In this document: positions 29,088-39,364 of the stretch, piece by piece
Layout: the number at the start of each line of letters is the position of its first letter
Numbering within the stretch: position 1 is the first letter of the stretch
Origin: a virus
Length of the DNA: 64,000 nucleotides
Virus record (IMG/VR): IMGVR_UViG_3300009408_000001
Location: 133,531-197,530 of that record
Direction: 5' to 3' (one strand)
Notes under the pieces: model-generated
Seen by the model: only the letters and a program-made list of their open reading frames with translations
What the model was told of the DNA's origin: nothing
Database searches by the model: none
Position numbers and translations under genes: made by a program

Positions 29088-30758
29088 TTATTGGCCTTCG
29101 CCTCGGTTGTACAGGTCAAGCAGTTCTAATGGGGTAGGCATGCCACAGTTTTCAACACCGATAGCAATCGCGTTATTAGCCATGGCCGTCATATTCACCC
29201 CAAGTCGTCTAACAACGGCCTCTCCGTCTTCTCCTTCGATCTGACATACTTCAAATACCGTGGTTTCCTTAGCGGCATTTGACATGATGCCTGCTGAGGG
29301 ATAACCCGCAGCCAAATCGATATCGAAGTTGTGTAAGAAGAACCGACTAACAGCACTCGGTACATCCTTTATCATCTGTATACCGGGGAACGCAATGAGC
29401 TTGGCAGACAGCGTAGCAATCCAACCATCTCGTCCCAGTGTAAGTCGGTCGAGGGCAGTTGCCATCGTTGACCCGACTGAACATATAATCTTTCCCCTTT
29501 TCTTTAGGAAGTAGTGTAACTGGAATCCGTTTTTCTTTGGGCCACTGCCAAAGTTAGCACAGTCAGCCAGTCCGGCAGCAGACAAGTAGGTGTATCCAAA
29601 GTCCTTTGTCTTTTCATCCAACAACTCCAAAGCCACACAATCGAAGATGTTGTAGATGAGGTATTCCACCTTAAATTCTCGTTGCATGACCTTGTGCCAC
29701 GTCAAGTTGTGGTCACCGGGTGCGGTATTAGGGATATGCAGTTTCTGTATTCCCAGTTCACGTTTAAGGATGGCGTCAAATGAGTAACTGGGAAGGTTAG
29801 GCATGGTCGCACGGTTACGTTTGTAGAATCGCATTGCGTCTAAGAACGTAAAGGTAGCGGGTGCGTTTACTGTGTTCCACGTATCTAAAAAGGGCTTTGA
29901 TGACTTCTTATCGGATGCGGTTACCTTACGGAGGGAATCTTCTCTCCAGTCAAAGCTACGGTACTTCTGAGGAACAGATGGATCACAGAAGATGTTCTTA
30001 GGGTCGACATTGTGTTCCTTCAGGATATTCAGTGTATGGTTTATCTCAGTGGGTAGATTCCATACCGAGACAATATCGGGCTTTAGCTTGTGCATGCTAC
30101 CATACAGGGTTCGAACCAGGCGAAGGGAATCCTTTGTTACCCTGATATGGAGCTTCAGCCCCCTCTCCTTTATTTCCTTTGCCATCTCCCTTTGGAAACA
30201 GGCGTGTATCTTCTTCTCTGCATCTGGAATACTCTCAAGGAACCATTCGTTAACAGCAAGGACAACCGTGTCTCCCATGGTTACACTACCACAAATGGTC
30301 TTGGAGTGTCCTTCTAAAACGTCCCACTCGTAATCGAATGCAGCCACAGAGGCCTTTGGACCATAGTTGGGATACTTTGATTTGTATTTCTCGCGAATGT
30401 CCACAGTGGGAGTAATGTCTGCACCGTAGACATAGGGACTGTCTTTCATCTCTCCCAGTCTAGGTCCTCTTGTGAATAGTTTGAGGGCCTTAGCGATGCT
30501 CCTGGCTTTGTTTGTTTGCGTAGTTACGTAGGAACGTAAGTTCTCCAACGACTCATATTCTTTCTTCTGAGTATGGGTCTTTCGGTGTGCGGGGTTTGTG
30601 ACGTAGTACTCTAGTGCGTAATTCTCCAGCATTTTGAATTCAGAGGTTTCTGTGCCATCTTCATGTTTGGTACGTTGTTTTATGAATGTTGCGTCATCTC
30701 CAGATCCGTCGTTGGACCGGGTGTGCCATGCGCCCATACAAGCCTTTTCTTTTGCCAT
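29088..30758 (-). CDS. B-family DNA polymerase N-terminal chain: 3'-5' exonuclease plus palm motif A (phiKZ gp82-like)
   Basis: ExoI FDYEWD, ExoII WNLPTE, ExoIII YNIFDC, motif A DLAAGYPS...N..KET. Confidence 0.85.
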   Translation of the reverse strand: MAKEKACMGAWHTRSNDGSGDDATFIKQRTKHEDGTETSEFKMLENYALEYYVTNPAHRKTHTQKKEYESLENLRSYVTTQTNKARSIAKALKLFTRGPRLGEMKDSPYVYGADITPTVDIREKYKSKYPNYGPKASVAAFDYEWDVLEGHSKTICGSVTMGDTVVLAVNEWFLESIPDAEKKIHACFQREMAKEIKERGLKLHIRVTKDSLRLVRTLYGSMHKLKPDIVSVWNLPTEINHTLNILKEHNVDPKNIFCDPSVPQKYRSFDWREDSLRKVTASDKKSSKPFLDTWNTVNAPATFTFLDAMRFYKRNRATMPNLPSYSFDAILKRELGIQKLHIPNTAPGDHNLTWHKVMQREFKVEYLIYNIFDCVALELLDEKTKDFGYTYLSAAGLADCANFGSGPKKNGFQLHYFLKKRGKIICSVGSTMATALDRLTLGRDGWIATLSAKLIAFPGIQMIKDVPSAVSRFFLHNFDIDLAAGYPSAGIMSNAAKETTVFEVCQIEGEDGEAVVRRLGVNMTAMANNAIAIGVENCGMPTPLELLDLYNRGEGQ

Positions 30759-30818
30759 TTCTACTCTCCCTAATTCACATACAGAATCGGGATGACCGAT
30801 ACTTAAATAGGAGGACAC

Positions 30819-32069
30819 ATGTCCTACATGCTAGACAAATTCGCAATGGAGGCTATTGACTTCCAAAAAGACTCGAAACTGGCTGCGTCCATCGAGAATT
30901 CCCTTAGACAAGTAAGGGAACACAAGAACCCACAGAACAAACACCTCCGGTCATCCAAGTTACACGAGGTGGTTAAGAAGATCACCGGACTGGATGTTAC
31001 CTTCAACATAGATGAGATTGGTTTAAACGCCTATGTACTGGTCCCCACGATAGATCGGAACAACACGGTTATCAACGAGTGGCGGAGAGGATACATTAGG
31101 AATACCGATTCCAGTCGCCTCCTTAGAAGTAATGACGTTATTAAAGGTACAGTGGATTTCAAGAACTCCCGAGTAACAGGGGACTTTACAAAGATACAGG
31201 TCAGCATTGCCGTTGGTAAGGAAGTGGTGATGAAAGGATCAAAGCTCACTGTACGGGGTGCAGTCACAATCATCATGCATGAGATCGGACACGTTATGTC
31301 TTACCTTGAGATGTTGGGACGGTCGCTCACAACAAACTACGCGATGGCAGAAACCACAAAACGGTTACTGGCAACCAACGTGAAGGACACCAAGTACGCT
31401 ATCATGGAAGACTTCGAGGAGTTCACGGGTACCAAGATCACGGACAAGGAAGCTTTGCAGGACGCTCAATCCGAAGGCGCACTCAATGTAATCCTCCTGA
31501 GTGACAGTGTAACCAAGTCAGTTTCAGACCTAGGTACAAACATTTACGACATGCGTGGGTTTGAATACCTGGCGGATAACTTCGTTGCACGTCATGGGAT
31601 GGCAAAGGACCTGGCAATTGCTCTCGATGTACTCTACCGTAACGGTGGTTCATCGTCGTACTACTCAACTGTAACCCACGTATCTGTTGAGATCTCTAAG
31701 GTACTTGGGTTCATCTTACTCGGGGTAACGGTAACCTTATTGGCTATCTTCATCCTCTGCTCTAACCCGTTAGCACGAGAGTACGACAAGCCAGAGAAAC
31801 GCATTGCGGTCATTCGTAGAGAAACCTCTCGTTCACTTCGTGAGCCAGGTCTATCTAAGAAAGACAAGGAGCGAATCCTTTCCGACATCGACGAGATGGA
31901 CCGAGTCTTATCTGAAATGAAGGACCGGGTTAACTTCTATGAATGGATCTGGGGGAATATTTACCCCTGGGGACGCCGCCAGAAAAAATCGGTTGAGCTA
32001 CAGCAGGGCCTGGAAGCCATGTCTAACAACAAGTTATTCGAATCAGCAGAAAGGTTGAGACAGTTATGA
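30819..32069 (+). CDS. Head-associated zincin (M48-like) metallopeptidase homolog
   Basis: HEIGH plus downstream EYLADNF; hydrophobic segment; N-terminal AME site. Confidence 0.6.
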   Translation: MSYMLDKFAMEAIDFQKDSKLAASIENSLRQVREHKNPQNKHLRSSKLHEVVKKITGLDVTFNIDEIGLNAYVLVPTIDRNNTVINEWRRGYIRNTDSSRLLRSNDVIKGTVDFKNSRVTGDFTKIQVSIAVGKEVVMKGSKLTVRGAVTIIMHEIGHVMSYLEMLGRSLTTNYAMAETTKRLLATNVKDTKYAIMEDFEEFTGTKITDKEALQDAQSEGALNVILLSDSVTKSVSDLGTNIYDMRGFEYLADNFVARHGMAKDLAIALDVLYRNGGSSSYYSTVTHVSVEISKVLGFILLGVTVTLLAIFILCSNPLAREYDKPEKRIAVIRRETSRSLREPGLSKKDKERILSDIDEMDRVLSEMKDRVNFYEWIWGNIYPWGRRQKKSVELQQGLEAMSNNKLFESAERLRQL

Positions 32070-32893
32070 GTGGGAACACAGTAAAAGCATTGTACACCGA
32101 CATGGTCGACCGTAAAAAGGAGACACGTGCATCGGAAGTAATCCGAATTGAGAAGGCACTGGGTACCAAGTTATCTGAACCCATCGTGAATTCGCTGGTC
32201 CAGTTTGAAGCAATCTACCTGCTCTTGGCTATTCATGTTATCCGGGATATTCCGATTGCACTGCATCGACATGGTACTGGGTGGGATACTAAGTTCGAAC
32301 CAGAGTGGGATCACACGTACAAGAACCAGGTAACCCAGGCCATCCGCAAGTTGGATCCCAGTATTGAGATTGTAGAGGCAAAGTTACGACAGTATTGTAA
32401 GTCGGTAATTCGGGAGATAACCACCGTGTACATCGGTGCCCTAGCCGGTGACCTTGTCATAGGCGGCTGTCCTGAAGATGACCCCCTTATGTGGGAGGTG
32501 TTTTACCAGAGTTGGAGTAACCTTGAAAAGGTGAAGCCATTTACACTGTTAAATAACAAGGACACTGACATCAGTAAGTATGTTCAGGTCGCACTGGATA
32601 CCTTGTTCAATAACCAGGACTGGGAAAACCTTACAGCAGCGGAGATTTCGGAGGTAAAGCGCCGTACACGGGCCGCCTACAGTAAACTTAACCACTGGTT
32701 CAGCATGTGGGTAAATCCACAACTTACCGAGATGTGTGGTCCAGCCTATGGGTTACCAAAGGATATGTTACACCGCCTCCTGAGGCATCTAACCGTCCAA
32801 CCGGATGGTGAACTGTCAAGAACAGAGGTACACGAAAGAGCACTGCAGATCATAACCGACATGACAGAAAACGGAGAATATGGAGATGAGTGA
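32066..32893 (+). CDS. Hypothetical, probable virion protein
   Basis: 275 aa coupled within a head-protein operon. Confidence 0.5.
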   Translation: MSGNTVKALYTDMVDRKKETRASEVIRIEKALGTKLSEPIVNSLVQFEAIYLLLAIHVIRDIPIALHRHGTGWDTKFEPEWDHTYKNQVTQAIRKLDPSIEIVEAKLRQYCKSVIREITTVYIGALAGDLVIGGCPEDDPLMWEVFYQSWSNLEKVKPFTLLNNKDTDISKYVQVALDTLFNNQDWENLTAAEISEVKRRTRAAYSKLNHWFSMWVNPQLTEMCGPAYGLPKDMLHRLLRHLTVQPDGELSRTEVHERALQIITDMTENGEYGDE

Positions 32894-34211
32894 TATGAAA
32901 GAGACCCTACAAACGTACGACGAGATCTCACAGGACATGAATGAGAGCGATGCCTTTCTTCACAGTTCTCTAGAGGTAAGTACGGTGTTACTGGACCGAG
33001 TAATTGGCATTCAGGAACACGGGATGGACCAGAAAGAAGCAATTGCAATGGAATCACTGTGCCCTGCCTTAGTCACAGAAGACCACCCCATCAATTCCTA
33101 CAGTAGTATCCCATCGGGTGTTGGAAAAGATTACGCCATGGAAAACATTTTTACCACCGTCATCAAGTCGATTGGTAAAGCAATTGCGTGGGTGTTCAAG
33201 GGTGTGTGGGCGGTGTTGTCATGGATCGGTGACAAACTGGTAAACTTGTTCAAGGGAGGTGGTAAAGCAGAGTCAGACCGTGTAGAGAAAGCCGTTAAAG
33301 AGATCGAAGATGGCAACGCGGAGTTGAACATTGAGAACTACTACACCAAGGGAAACCGCCTGTGGGAGTTCTTAGAAGATCACCATGACAAGTTCCAACC
33401 GTTCATTCTTGAGGTGACGGATGTCAAAGCAGCCATTGGTGCGCCCATGGGCATGTTAATCGCTGGCATCAATCGAGCCATAACAGAAGCAAATGGTTTC
33501 CGTGAAAACACGAAGGCCAGAGAAATCGCTAAAGTAATCGGAAGTAATTTTACAAATGTATTCGAGAATCATGCCGATGGAATGTGGGGAAAGGAAACAG
33601 AGAAGACCTTACGGGTGTTTGAACAGATGGCTGGCAGGTACAATCTTGGGGTGACCCCGGTTAGAATTGTCGAACGTACACGCGGGTTTAGGTGGGGACC
33701 AATCACCTTGGATAACTATAAGGACATGCGTGCCAAGGAGGAAATGATGGCGAAAGCCGCCATTGTTAAAGCCCTGGAAGACGCACCCCGTCAGTCCACT
33801 GGTGGAAGACGTCCAGACGAAGATGCAATGTTGGAGATAATGAAGTCCCCTTTGTTTACCAACAGTGCGACAAAGGGACAGTTGAAGGCACTCCAGGGAG
33901 AACACGACTATAAAAGTGCAATGGACAGTGCTATAAAGGAAGTGGGTAAGTTGGATTCCGCTACCACTATAACAAATCGGAATGCGATTACCCACTACAA
34001 GGACCTACTTAAGCACATTCGGGTAGCCACCACCATCGTCCAGTACCTGGCTAAGACAGAACATGTACACGGTGTTGCAGTTGCCAGAATCGAGTTAACC
34101 AGACAAGCCATGATGAAGAACTTCTATGAGAATGTAAAACCAGTTAGTGGAGATGACGACACCACAGGTGGAGGAGACCGATCACCCACCGATGACGATG
34201 CAGACTCGTAA
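32880..34211 (+). CDS. Internal head protein (propeptide with S/A-x-E sites)
   Basis: SLE, AMES, AMEN sites followed by a Trp-containing amphipathic helix. Confidence 0.6.
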   Translation: MEMSDMKETLQTYDEISQDMNESDAFLHSSLEVSTVLLDRVIGIQEHGMDQKEAIAMESLCPALVTEDHPINSYSSIPSGVGKDYAMENIFTTVIKSIGKAIAWVFKGVWAVLSWIGDKLVNLFKGGGKAESDRVEKAVKEIEDGNAELNIENYYTKGNRLWEFLEDHHDKFQPFILEVTDVKAAIGAPMGMLIAGINRAITEANGFRENTKAREIAKVIGSNFTNVFENHADGMWGKETEKTLRVFEQMAGRYNLGVTPVRIVERTRGFRWGPITLDNYKDMRAKEEMMAKAAIVKALEDAPRQSTGGRRPDEDAMLEIMKSPLFTNSATKGQLKALQGEHDYKSAMDSAIKEVGKLDSATTITNRNAITHYKDLLKHIRVATTIVQYLAKTEHVHGVAVARIELTRQAMMKNFYENVKPVSGDDDTTGGGDRSPTDDDADS

Positions 34212-34235
34212 ACCGCATCACGAAAACGGTAAACC

Positions 34236-34279
34236 AGCATAAAGAAGGAACTCCCAATGTGGGAGTGTCCTTTTATGCT
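34236..34279. terminator. Bidirectional terminator between convergent genes
   Basis: AGCATAAAG...ACTCCCA-ATG-TGGGAGT...TTTTATGCT. Confidence 0.7.
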
Positions 34280-34280
34280 A

Positions 34281-37157
34281 CTATGTGGTACTTTCTACGT
34301 AGAAGTTAATGGAGATGGCTTCCTCCACCCCGATGGATTGGTTACTGAGGACAACCGAGTTTGTCTTAACTGAGAAAGACGCTTCTGGTTCAGTTAAGTA
34401 CGCGTTAGAAAAACCCTGGATCGGGCTGTCTACTACCACATCGAGGGCGTGTAACCCACCAGCGTCCATCAGTTGCCGTGTAAGTACACCAGTGGAGTAT
34501 GTGTCACCCTTTGCATGGTTAAGTATAACTGTCCGTGCAGCGGCGTGTATGGCTTCCTGGATGTCGTTCGATGCCATCCCATCCACCGTCAACATATAGG
34601 TCACGTTAAACACAAGTGCGGTGTTAAGTACGATTGCTACGTTTCCATCCACCACTGCTTCCGCCTTACCAATGCTACTTAGTGGTTGGAATACCAAAAC
34701 AGTGCCTTCGATAAGACTCGGCTTTAAACCCCGTATGAACGATAAGTATCCTTCAACGGTACCTGGAATGCTTTCCCTGTATTGCGTGGGTTCTGGAGCC
34801 GTTGCGAACCAATACGCCGCATCCAGTAACATGGGGGTGTACTCCCAAGTAAGTCGCTCCTCCGTGCTCATCACTACCTTCCCATCCCTACCCGTTACAA
34901 CATCCCCTTTACGGTGTTCTATCATTGGGGTGTTGTCATTACCTAACCTAACTTCACCTGCCTTAAACAGGGTATTGAACTCGGGTTTTCCAGTATCTGG
35001 ATTTATGCTCCATACGAGTGTATCCGTTTCATCTCGCTCCAACACATCGGTGGTGTACCGTGCAGGAACGTCTTCTGGGTAGTGTAGTGTCAACCCCGGA
35101 ATAAGGATAGCTTTAGACCTAGATGACATTCCCACCAGTTCTTTACCGAGTTGCACAGTAATCGTTTCGTGTGTAACCGTCGTTGGATAAGGTAGGGCGT
35201 AAGTAACCGCACCCGAGTTAACAAGTTCATCCGGTACAGTTGGTTCCGAATCCCCGGTGTGAATGTAGTACAGGTTGAACATAGTGTCCAGCTGAAGGAA
35301 CATCTTCTCTGTCCCTCCCTGAATCCCTAGGAAGTTAAGGAACCCAAGTCCCCTGTAGAAAGACACATCCAGGGCGGTCTCCATTACAAACACCACAGAA
35401 AAGTAACCCCCGTCCCGATCAGACTCACGTCCGGTCATATGGTACCGATGTCCATTTTCGTCCTCGTACATGATCTGAGCTGCAAAACCCTTTACATCCT
35501 CAGGCCCACTTGCAGTTACCGTTAAGTGATATGCCCCTTCCACCCGACTAATAGAAACGTCTGTTGTTTGAACACGGTATCCAATGGAGTCGTTAGAACT
35601 AACCCATGAGTTGGACAGGTATCTTTGCGTGTCCAAGTCGTACACTCGGGTTACGTGCATTCCGTCTGCCTCGTCTAACACGTAGTGATAAGGAGAATAG
35701 GTGTATGCACTTTCATTCAACCGAGTAGTGAGTTCTTCCGGTGTAAAGGATGTGAGTTCATTCATCTCCACTTCCGTTAACAACCGGGTAGATCCATTGG
35801 TCTCCCGGTAGATCGCCTTGGTTGTAATGGTGGTACGTGTGCCGTGTGGGATTACCACCCCCTCCGGGTAAGCTACCCCCTGGCGATCCACCTCTACTTT
35901 ACCATGCCTAACTCCGATTGGAGTAGCAATGTTGGAAAGGGCAGGTGGGTCAATGTGTCTGCTGCACAAGTACAGTCGATCCGTAAACGTATCTTTGGCC
36001 TTTATCGTTTTAAACCCCGCATCGGATAACCGATAACGCAACTCATTAAAGGTGATGCTTGCCTTTGTATCCCCACTTCGATACACCACCCTGTCCCGTA
36101 ACTCGTCAAAGGTGAGTTCTGCTCTTCCACCGGAAGTAACCGATGTAGAGAAGATAACCATGTCAGTTAGGGTGGACATTGCAATTACTTCAGGTCTGTT
36201 AGCGGAGTCAAGGTCTCGCCACACTGCGGAAAAGTCAGCAGGTAAGTAGTCACTGTGATCAACCACCAGAACACCCCGTGACTCATATGTATCAATTCGG
36301 AAGTTATCCCCAGCCAAACCGTTAGCGACATAGATGCTAGGGAGACGATACCGCACACTTCCTTCTAGGACCGTTACTTCTACGGTTACACGGGTAGGGT
36401 CACGGAGTTGATCACTGTGGGTTGTAGCTACCTCTTCCCATGGGCCATTGTTTTTTTGGTGGTACACCTTTGAAGTGTAGTACTGATCAGTCAGGCCATG
36501 TACGGTAGAGAGGCCAGTAGAGGATGATACCGGTTCAGTTATAGAGGTCAACAGTACTTGCTTGACGTAAACTTCCACAACTAGAGTAGGTACACCACCT
36601 GTCGTGGTTACCCATGCCTTCAGTAAGTTTGTCCCTGAATCCAACAACCCGGTGGTACGAGTATAATCGTACGTTACCTGGATACTCCCATTCTTAGACA
36701 TGATGATGTCAATGTCTTGTAGGTTACTCCAAGGCGTACCCGCCACAGAGAAAATACTGTCTCCAGGAATGGTTACACGTCTAGATCCGTTTACCGGGTC
36801 AAGTACTGCGCCGTTCTTAAGTACCGGTACCTGGATCGCTAATGTGAAGGTGGTAGCAGAGGGTAAAGAAAACCGCTCCAAGGTATCCACATCACTCATG
36901 TGGTGATACAGCTCACTAAAGTTAGATGACATGTGAGGGTATGTTTTACGGGTAAGTCCCTCCCCCTGGATCATCGCAGTTGAAACCATGCTTGCGGACA
37001 CTTCAACTAACATTGGGAAAGGTCCGGTCGGATCCACTAAGTCAATCTCACCGTCCAATGCCGCTTCCACAGCATCTAATGCACCACCCAGTACCATAGA
37101 CGGGTCACTGTAGTATCTGTTAACGTTTGCATCCAGTTGTTCGGTTATTTTACTCAT
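34281..37157 (-). CDS. Large virion structural protein (phiKZ gp87-like, baseplate-type)
   Basis: 958 aa, beta-rich; synteny. Confidence 0.6.
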   Translation of the reverse strand: MSKITEQLDANVNRYYSDPSMVLGGALDAVEAALDGEIDLVDPTGPFPMLVEVSASMVSTAMIQGEGLTRKTYPHMSSNFSELYHHMSDVDTLERFSLPSATTFTLAIQVPVLKNGAVLDPVNGSRRVTIPGDSIFSVAGTPWSNLQDIDIIMSKNGSIQVTYDYTRTTGLLDSGTNLLKAWVTTTGGVPTLVVEVYVKQVLLTSITEPVSSSTGLSTVHGLTDQYYTSKVYHQKNNGPWEEVATTHSDQLRDPTRVTVEVTVLEGSVRYRLPSIYVANGLAGDNFRIDTYESRGVLVVDHSDYLPADFSAVWRDLDSANRPEVIAMSTLTDMVIFSTSVTSGGRAELTFDELRDRVVYRSGDTKASITFNELRYRLSDAGFKTIKAKDTFTDRLYLCSRHIDPPALSNIATPIGVRHGKVEVDRQGVAYPEGVVIPHGTRTTITTKAIYRETNGSTRLLTEVEMNELTSFTPEELTTRLNESAYTYSPYHYVLDEADGMHVTRVYDLDTQRYLSNSWVSSNDSIGYRVQTTDVSISRVEGAYHLTVTASGPEDVKGFAAQIMYEDENGHRYHMTGRESDRDGGYFSVVFVMETALDVSFYRGLGFLNFLGIQGGTEKMFLQLDTMFNLYYIHTGDSEPTVPDELVNSGAVTYALPYPTTVTHETITVQLGKELVGMSSRSKAILIPGLTLHYPEDVPARYTTDVLERDETDTLVWSINPDTGKPEFNTLFKAGEVRLGNDNTPMIEHRKGDVVTGRDGKVVMSTEERLTWEYTPMLLDAAYWFATAPEPTQYRESIPGTVEGYLSFIRGLKPSLIEGTVLVFQPLSSIGKAEAVVDGNVAIVLNTALVFNVTYMLTVDGMASNDIQEAIHAAARTVILNHAKGDTYSTGVLTRQLMDAGGLHALDVVVDSPIQGFSNAYLTEPEASFSVKTNSVVLSNQSIGVEEAISINFYVESTT

Positions 37158-37162
37158 TGTCT

Positions 37163-38233
37163 TTATCCTAGTAAGCTGCTTATTTCACCGGCCATGTAAC
37201 TGGTCTTACTGGCATACAGTGATGCGTCAATCCACCACTCCATCTCGTTTGTCTCACTGATGTGTGGGTAACCTTCTGACTTGTAAAGGATCCTTTCCCC
37301 GGGGGTTAGTTTCACCATGAGGTGCTGGCGTACGCCGTCTCGCATATCCGGGTTAAACGTCTCTACAGTAGTGTTAAACGAGATCAACGTACGGGGGTCG
37401 TTTTTCCTACACCCAAAACACTGGAACCGGGTGGTTACCTGGTCTGTGTCAGAGGTACCTGCCTTGGAGTTGTTGTAGTTGAACGCCGCTCCGTCATTGG
37501 CCGCGTCTGGATACGCAGCTCCCACGTCAGCCCACTTCCGAATGTACGTTCTTGTTCTATCCATGATGAACCGGTATATTCGGGTGTTGTAGTCAATCGC
37601 ATTAGTGGGAATGAACTTAGAAAAGGGAACCTGTACCCCAAGTCCAACATTTGTCATGTACCGCATCCACGCGACAAGCATCGGAGTAATTGGATCGCCC
37701 TCCATATTTTGAAAGGTAGCGGCAAGTGAGAAGTCACCATTGTAAGATACCGATCCGTCAACCCAACCCGTTGTCTCCTTTCTAAGGCCCTCTGGGGTGC
37801 GGTACGTGTCCAACTGGCTGTCAGGCCACCCAGACAGTGACACGAGGGCGTTAGCGAAAATGGGGATGAACGCGTACTTCTCGTTGTGTACCTCAGATCG
37901 TTCTAGTCTCGGTGTAAGATCCACACCTGCTACACTGAACTCACTTGGGAATCCAGGAACTGCGGGAGATAATATACATCGAATAGCCCCGGCCATGTGG
38001 CGGGTACCCGGTGCCAGGAAATGGGACATCAGTCGATCGGCCTCGATGTTACCATACGACAAGTTAAGGTGTGGTCTTGTAAAAAAGGTCCAACCTTGGT
38101 CATCGTAATTTCCAGGGACGGAACTTGGACCACCCGTATGGTTTGGCCCCCGCATCGCTTCCATCATGGCAGCCCCGGGAGTACCCAGTCCACTGGTAGC
38201 ACCTAACCTGTTCAATGCATCTTTTTTACTCAT
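37163..38233 (-). CDS. Virion structural protein (phiKZ gp88-like)
   Basis: FTRPHLNL motif; start trimmed to MSKK to remove head-to-head overlap. Confidence 0.6.
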   Translation of the reverse strand: MSKKDALNRLGATSGLGTPGAAMMEAMRGPNHTGGPSSVPGNYDDQGWTFFTRPHLNLSYGNIEADRLMSHFLAPGTRHMAGAIRCILSPAVPGFPSEFSVAGVDLTPRLERSEVHNEKYAFIPIFANALVSLSGWPDSQLDTYRTPEGLRKETTGWVDGSVSYNGDFSLAATFQNMEGDPITPMLVAWMRYMTNVGLGVQVPFSKFIPTNAIDYNTRIYRFIMDRTRTYIRKWADVGAAYPDAANDGAAFNYNNSKAGTSDTDQVTTRFQCFGCRKNDPRTLISFNTTVETFNPDMRDGVRQHLMVKLTPGERILYKSEGYPHISETNEMEWWIDASLYASKTSYMAGEISSLLG

Positions 38234-38255
38234 CTTCATTCTTCCAGGAGTTGTT

Positions 38256-39353
38256 ATGATAAACCTAAGTACGGAAATAACTCCGTTACAGGCGATTAAT
38301 GAAATCGCTAAAGCAGTTAAGGAAACACGCGCCGCTTCCTTGTCAGAATACACGACGTCCACTCGCCTTTATCCAAAGGTACTGGTTGATGCGTCCCTGA
38401 CACGACAGGACGATGACGTCCTGTACAATGCCATGCAGACAATGGGCGGTGTCTATGCCGCACACTATATGCAAGCGGTGACTATGGCGAACATCCAATC
38501 CATTAACAACCTGCAACTTCTGGATCAGTTTGCTACAGAGCGAAGCTTTGGCAACAGTGGAATTATTCCTGGTGCGTTGGATCAAGTGGCCACAGAGTCC
38601 TTTCACAAGTTGGTTCCATTTGCAATGGAGGCCTTCGATGACGATAAAGATGCTAAGCCAGAGAAGCCTCACCAAGGCAATAAGATGGACATGGATAAGA
38701 TCAATCTGGGTGAAGCCGTTAACCTGGCAGTAGGTCGACAACTCCGTGTTTACATTGGGGTGGGTGAACAAGCCATTGGCATTGACATTACCCTGCAGCT
38801 TAACCCAGAGGTAATCCCAGCACAGGCATTACCTGATGTCCTGGCACTGACCACTACGGATAAGAGTTACGTTGGCAGATTCCGCCAGTGGCGCTCTGGT
38901 GAGATCGATTCCTTTAATGACTACCTTTGGGGCCTGGATATTATCGAACGTGACCGTAAGGCACTCCTGAACGATCCCAGTGGCATTTACTCTGAAGCCC
39001 GTCGTAAGAAGTCGACATCGCGGTGGCAATCCCTGTTGTCAGGAAAGAAGTCTATTAACATGGCATCCACAATGGCGGTAATCTCCACGGGTGTAGCGGA
39101 TGAGATGCAACTCTCTATTAAGGGTAAGTTAAAACGCCCGAATGTCAGAGAGAAATATTTTGACGCCACTAACTCTATGATGCTGATGGTGTTGGACCAA
39201 CGCAAAGAACGCGTTACTCTTTACCAGCGTGGTATTGCCAAACATGGGGTTTATTCTTTCCGAGATATTGAGAAGGTCGGTAAATCAAATGACGGAATGG
39301 ACATTGGTGCCGTTCTACAGGCTTACAAAATGGGCGATGCCCCTTCACTATAA
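38256..39353 (+). CDS. Inner-body/head protein (phiKZ gp89-like)
   Basis: ATES/AMEA processing-type sites; start ATG 38256 after AGGAG. Confidence 0.65.
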   Translation: MINLSTEITPLQAINEIAKAVKETRAASLSEYTTSTRLYPKVLVDASLTRQDDDVLYNAMQTMGGVYAAHYMQAVTMANIQSINNLQLLDQFATERSFGNSGIIPGALDQVATESFHKLVPFAMEAFDDDKDAKPEKPHQGNKMDMDKINLGEAVNLAVGRQLRVYIGVGEQAIGIDITLQLNPEVIPAQALPDVLALTTTDKSYVGRFRQWRSGEIDSFNDYLWGLDIIERDRKALLNDPSGIYSEARRKKSTSRWQSLLSGKKSINMASTMAVISTGVADEMQLSIKGKLKRPNVREKYFDATNSMMLMVLDQRKERVTLYQRGIAKHGVYSFRDIEKVGKSNDGMDIGAVLQAYKMGDAPSL

Positions 39354-39364
39354 AGGTACTTGTT

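Noticed and set aside
38166-38362. Apparent head-to-head overlapping genes
   Set aside because: Resolved by the SD-supported starts at 38233 (-) and 38256 (+).
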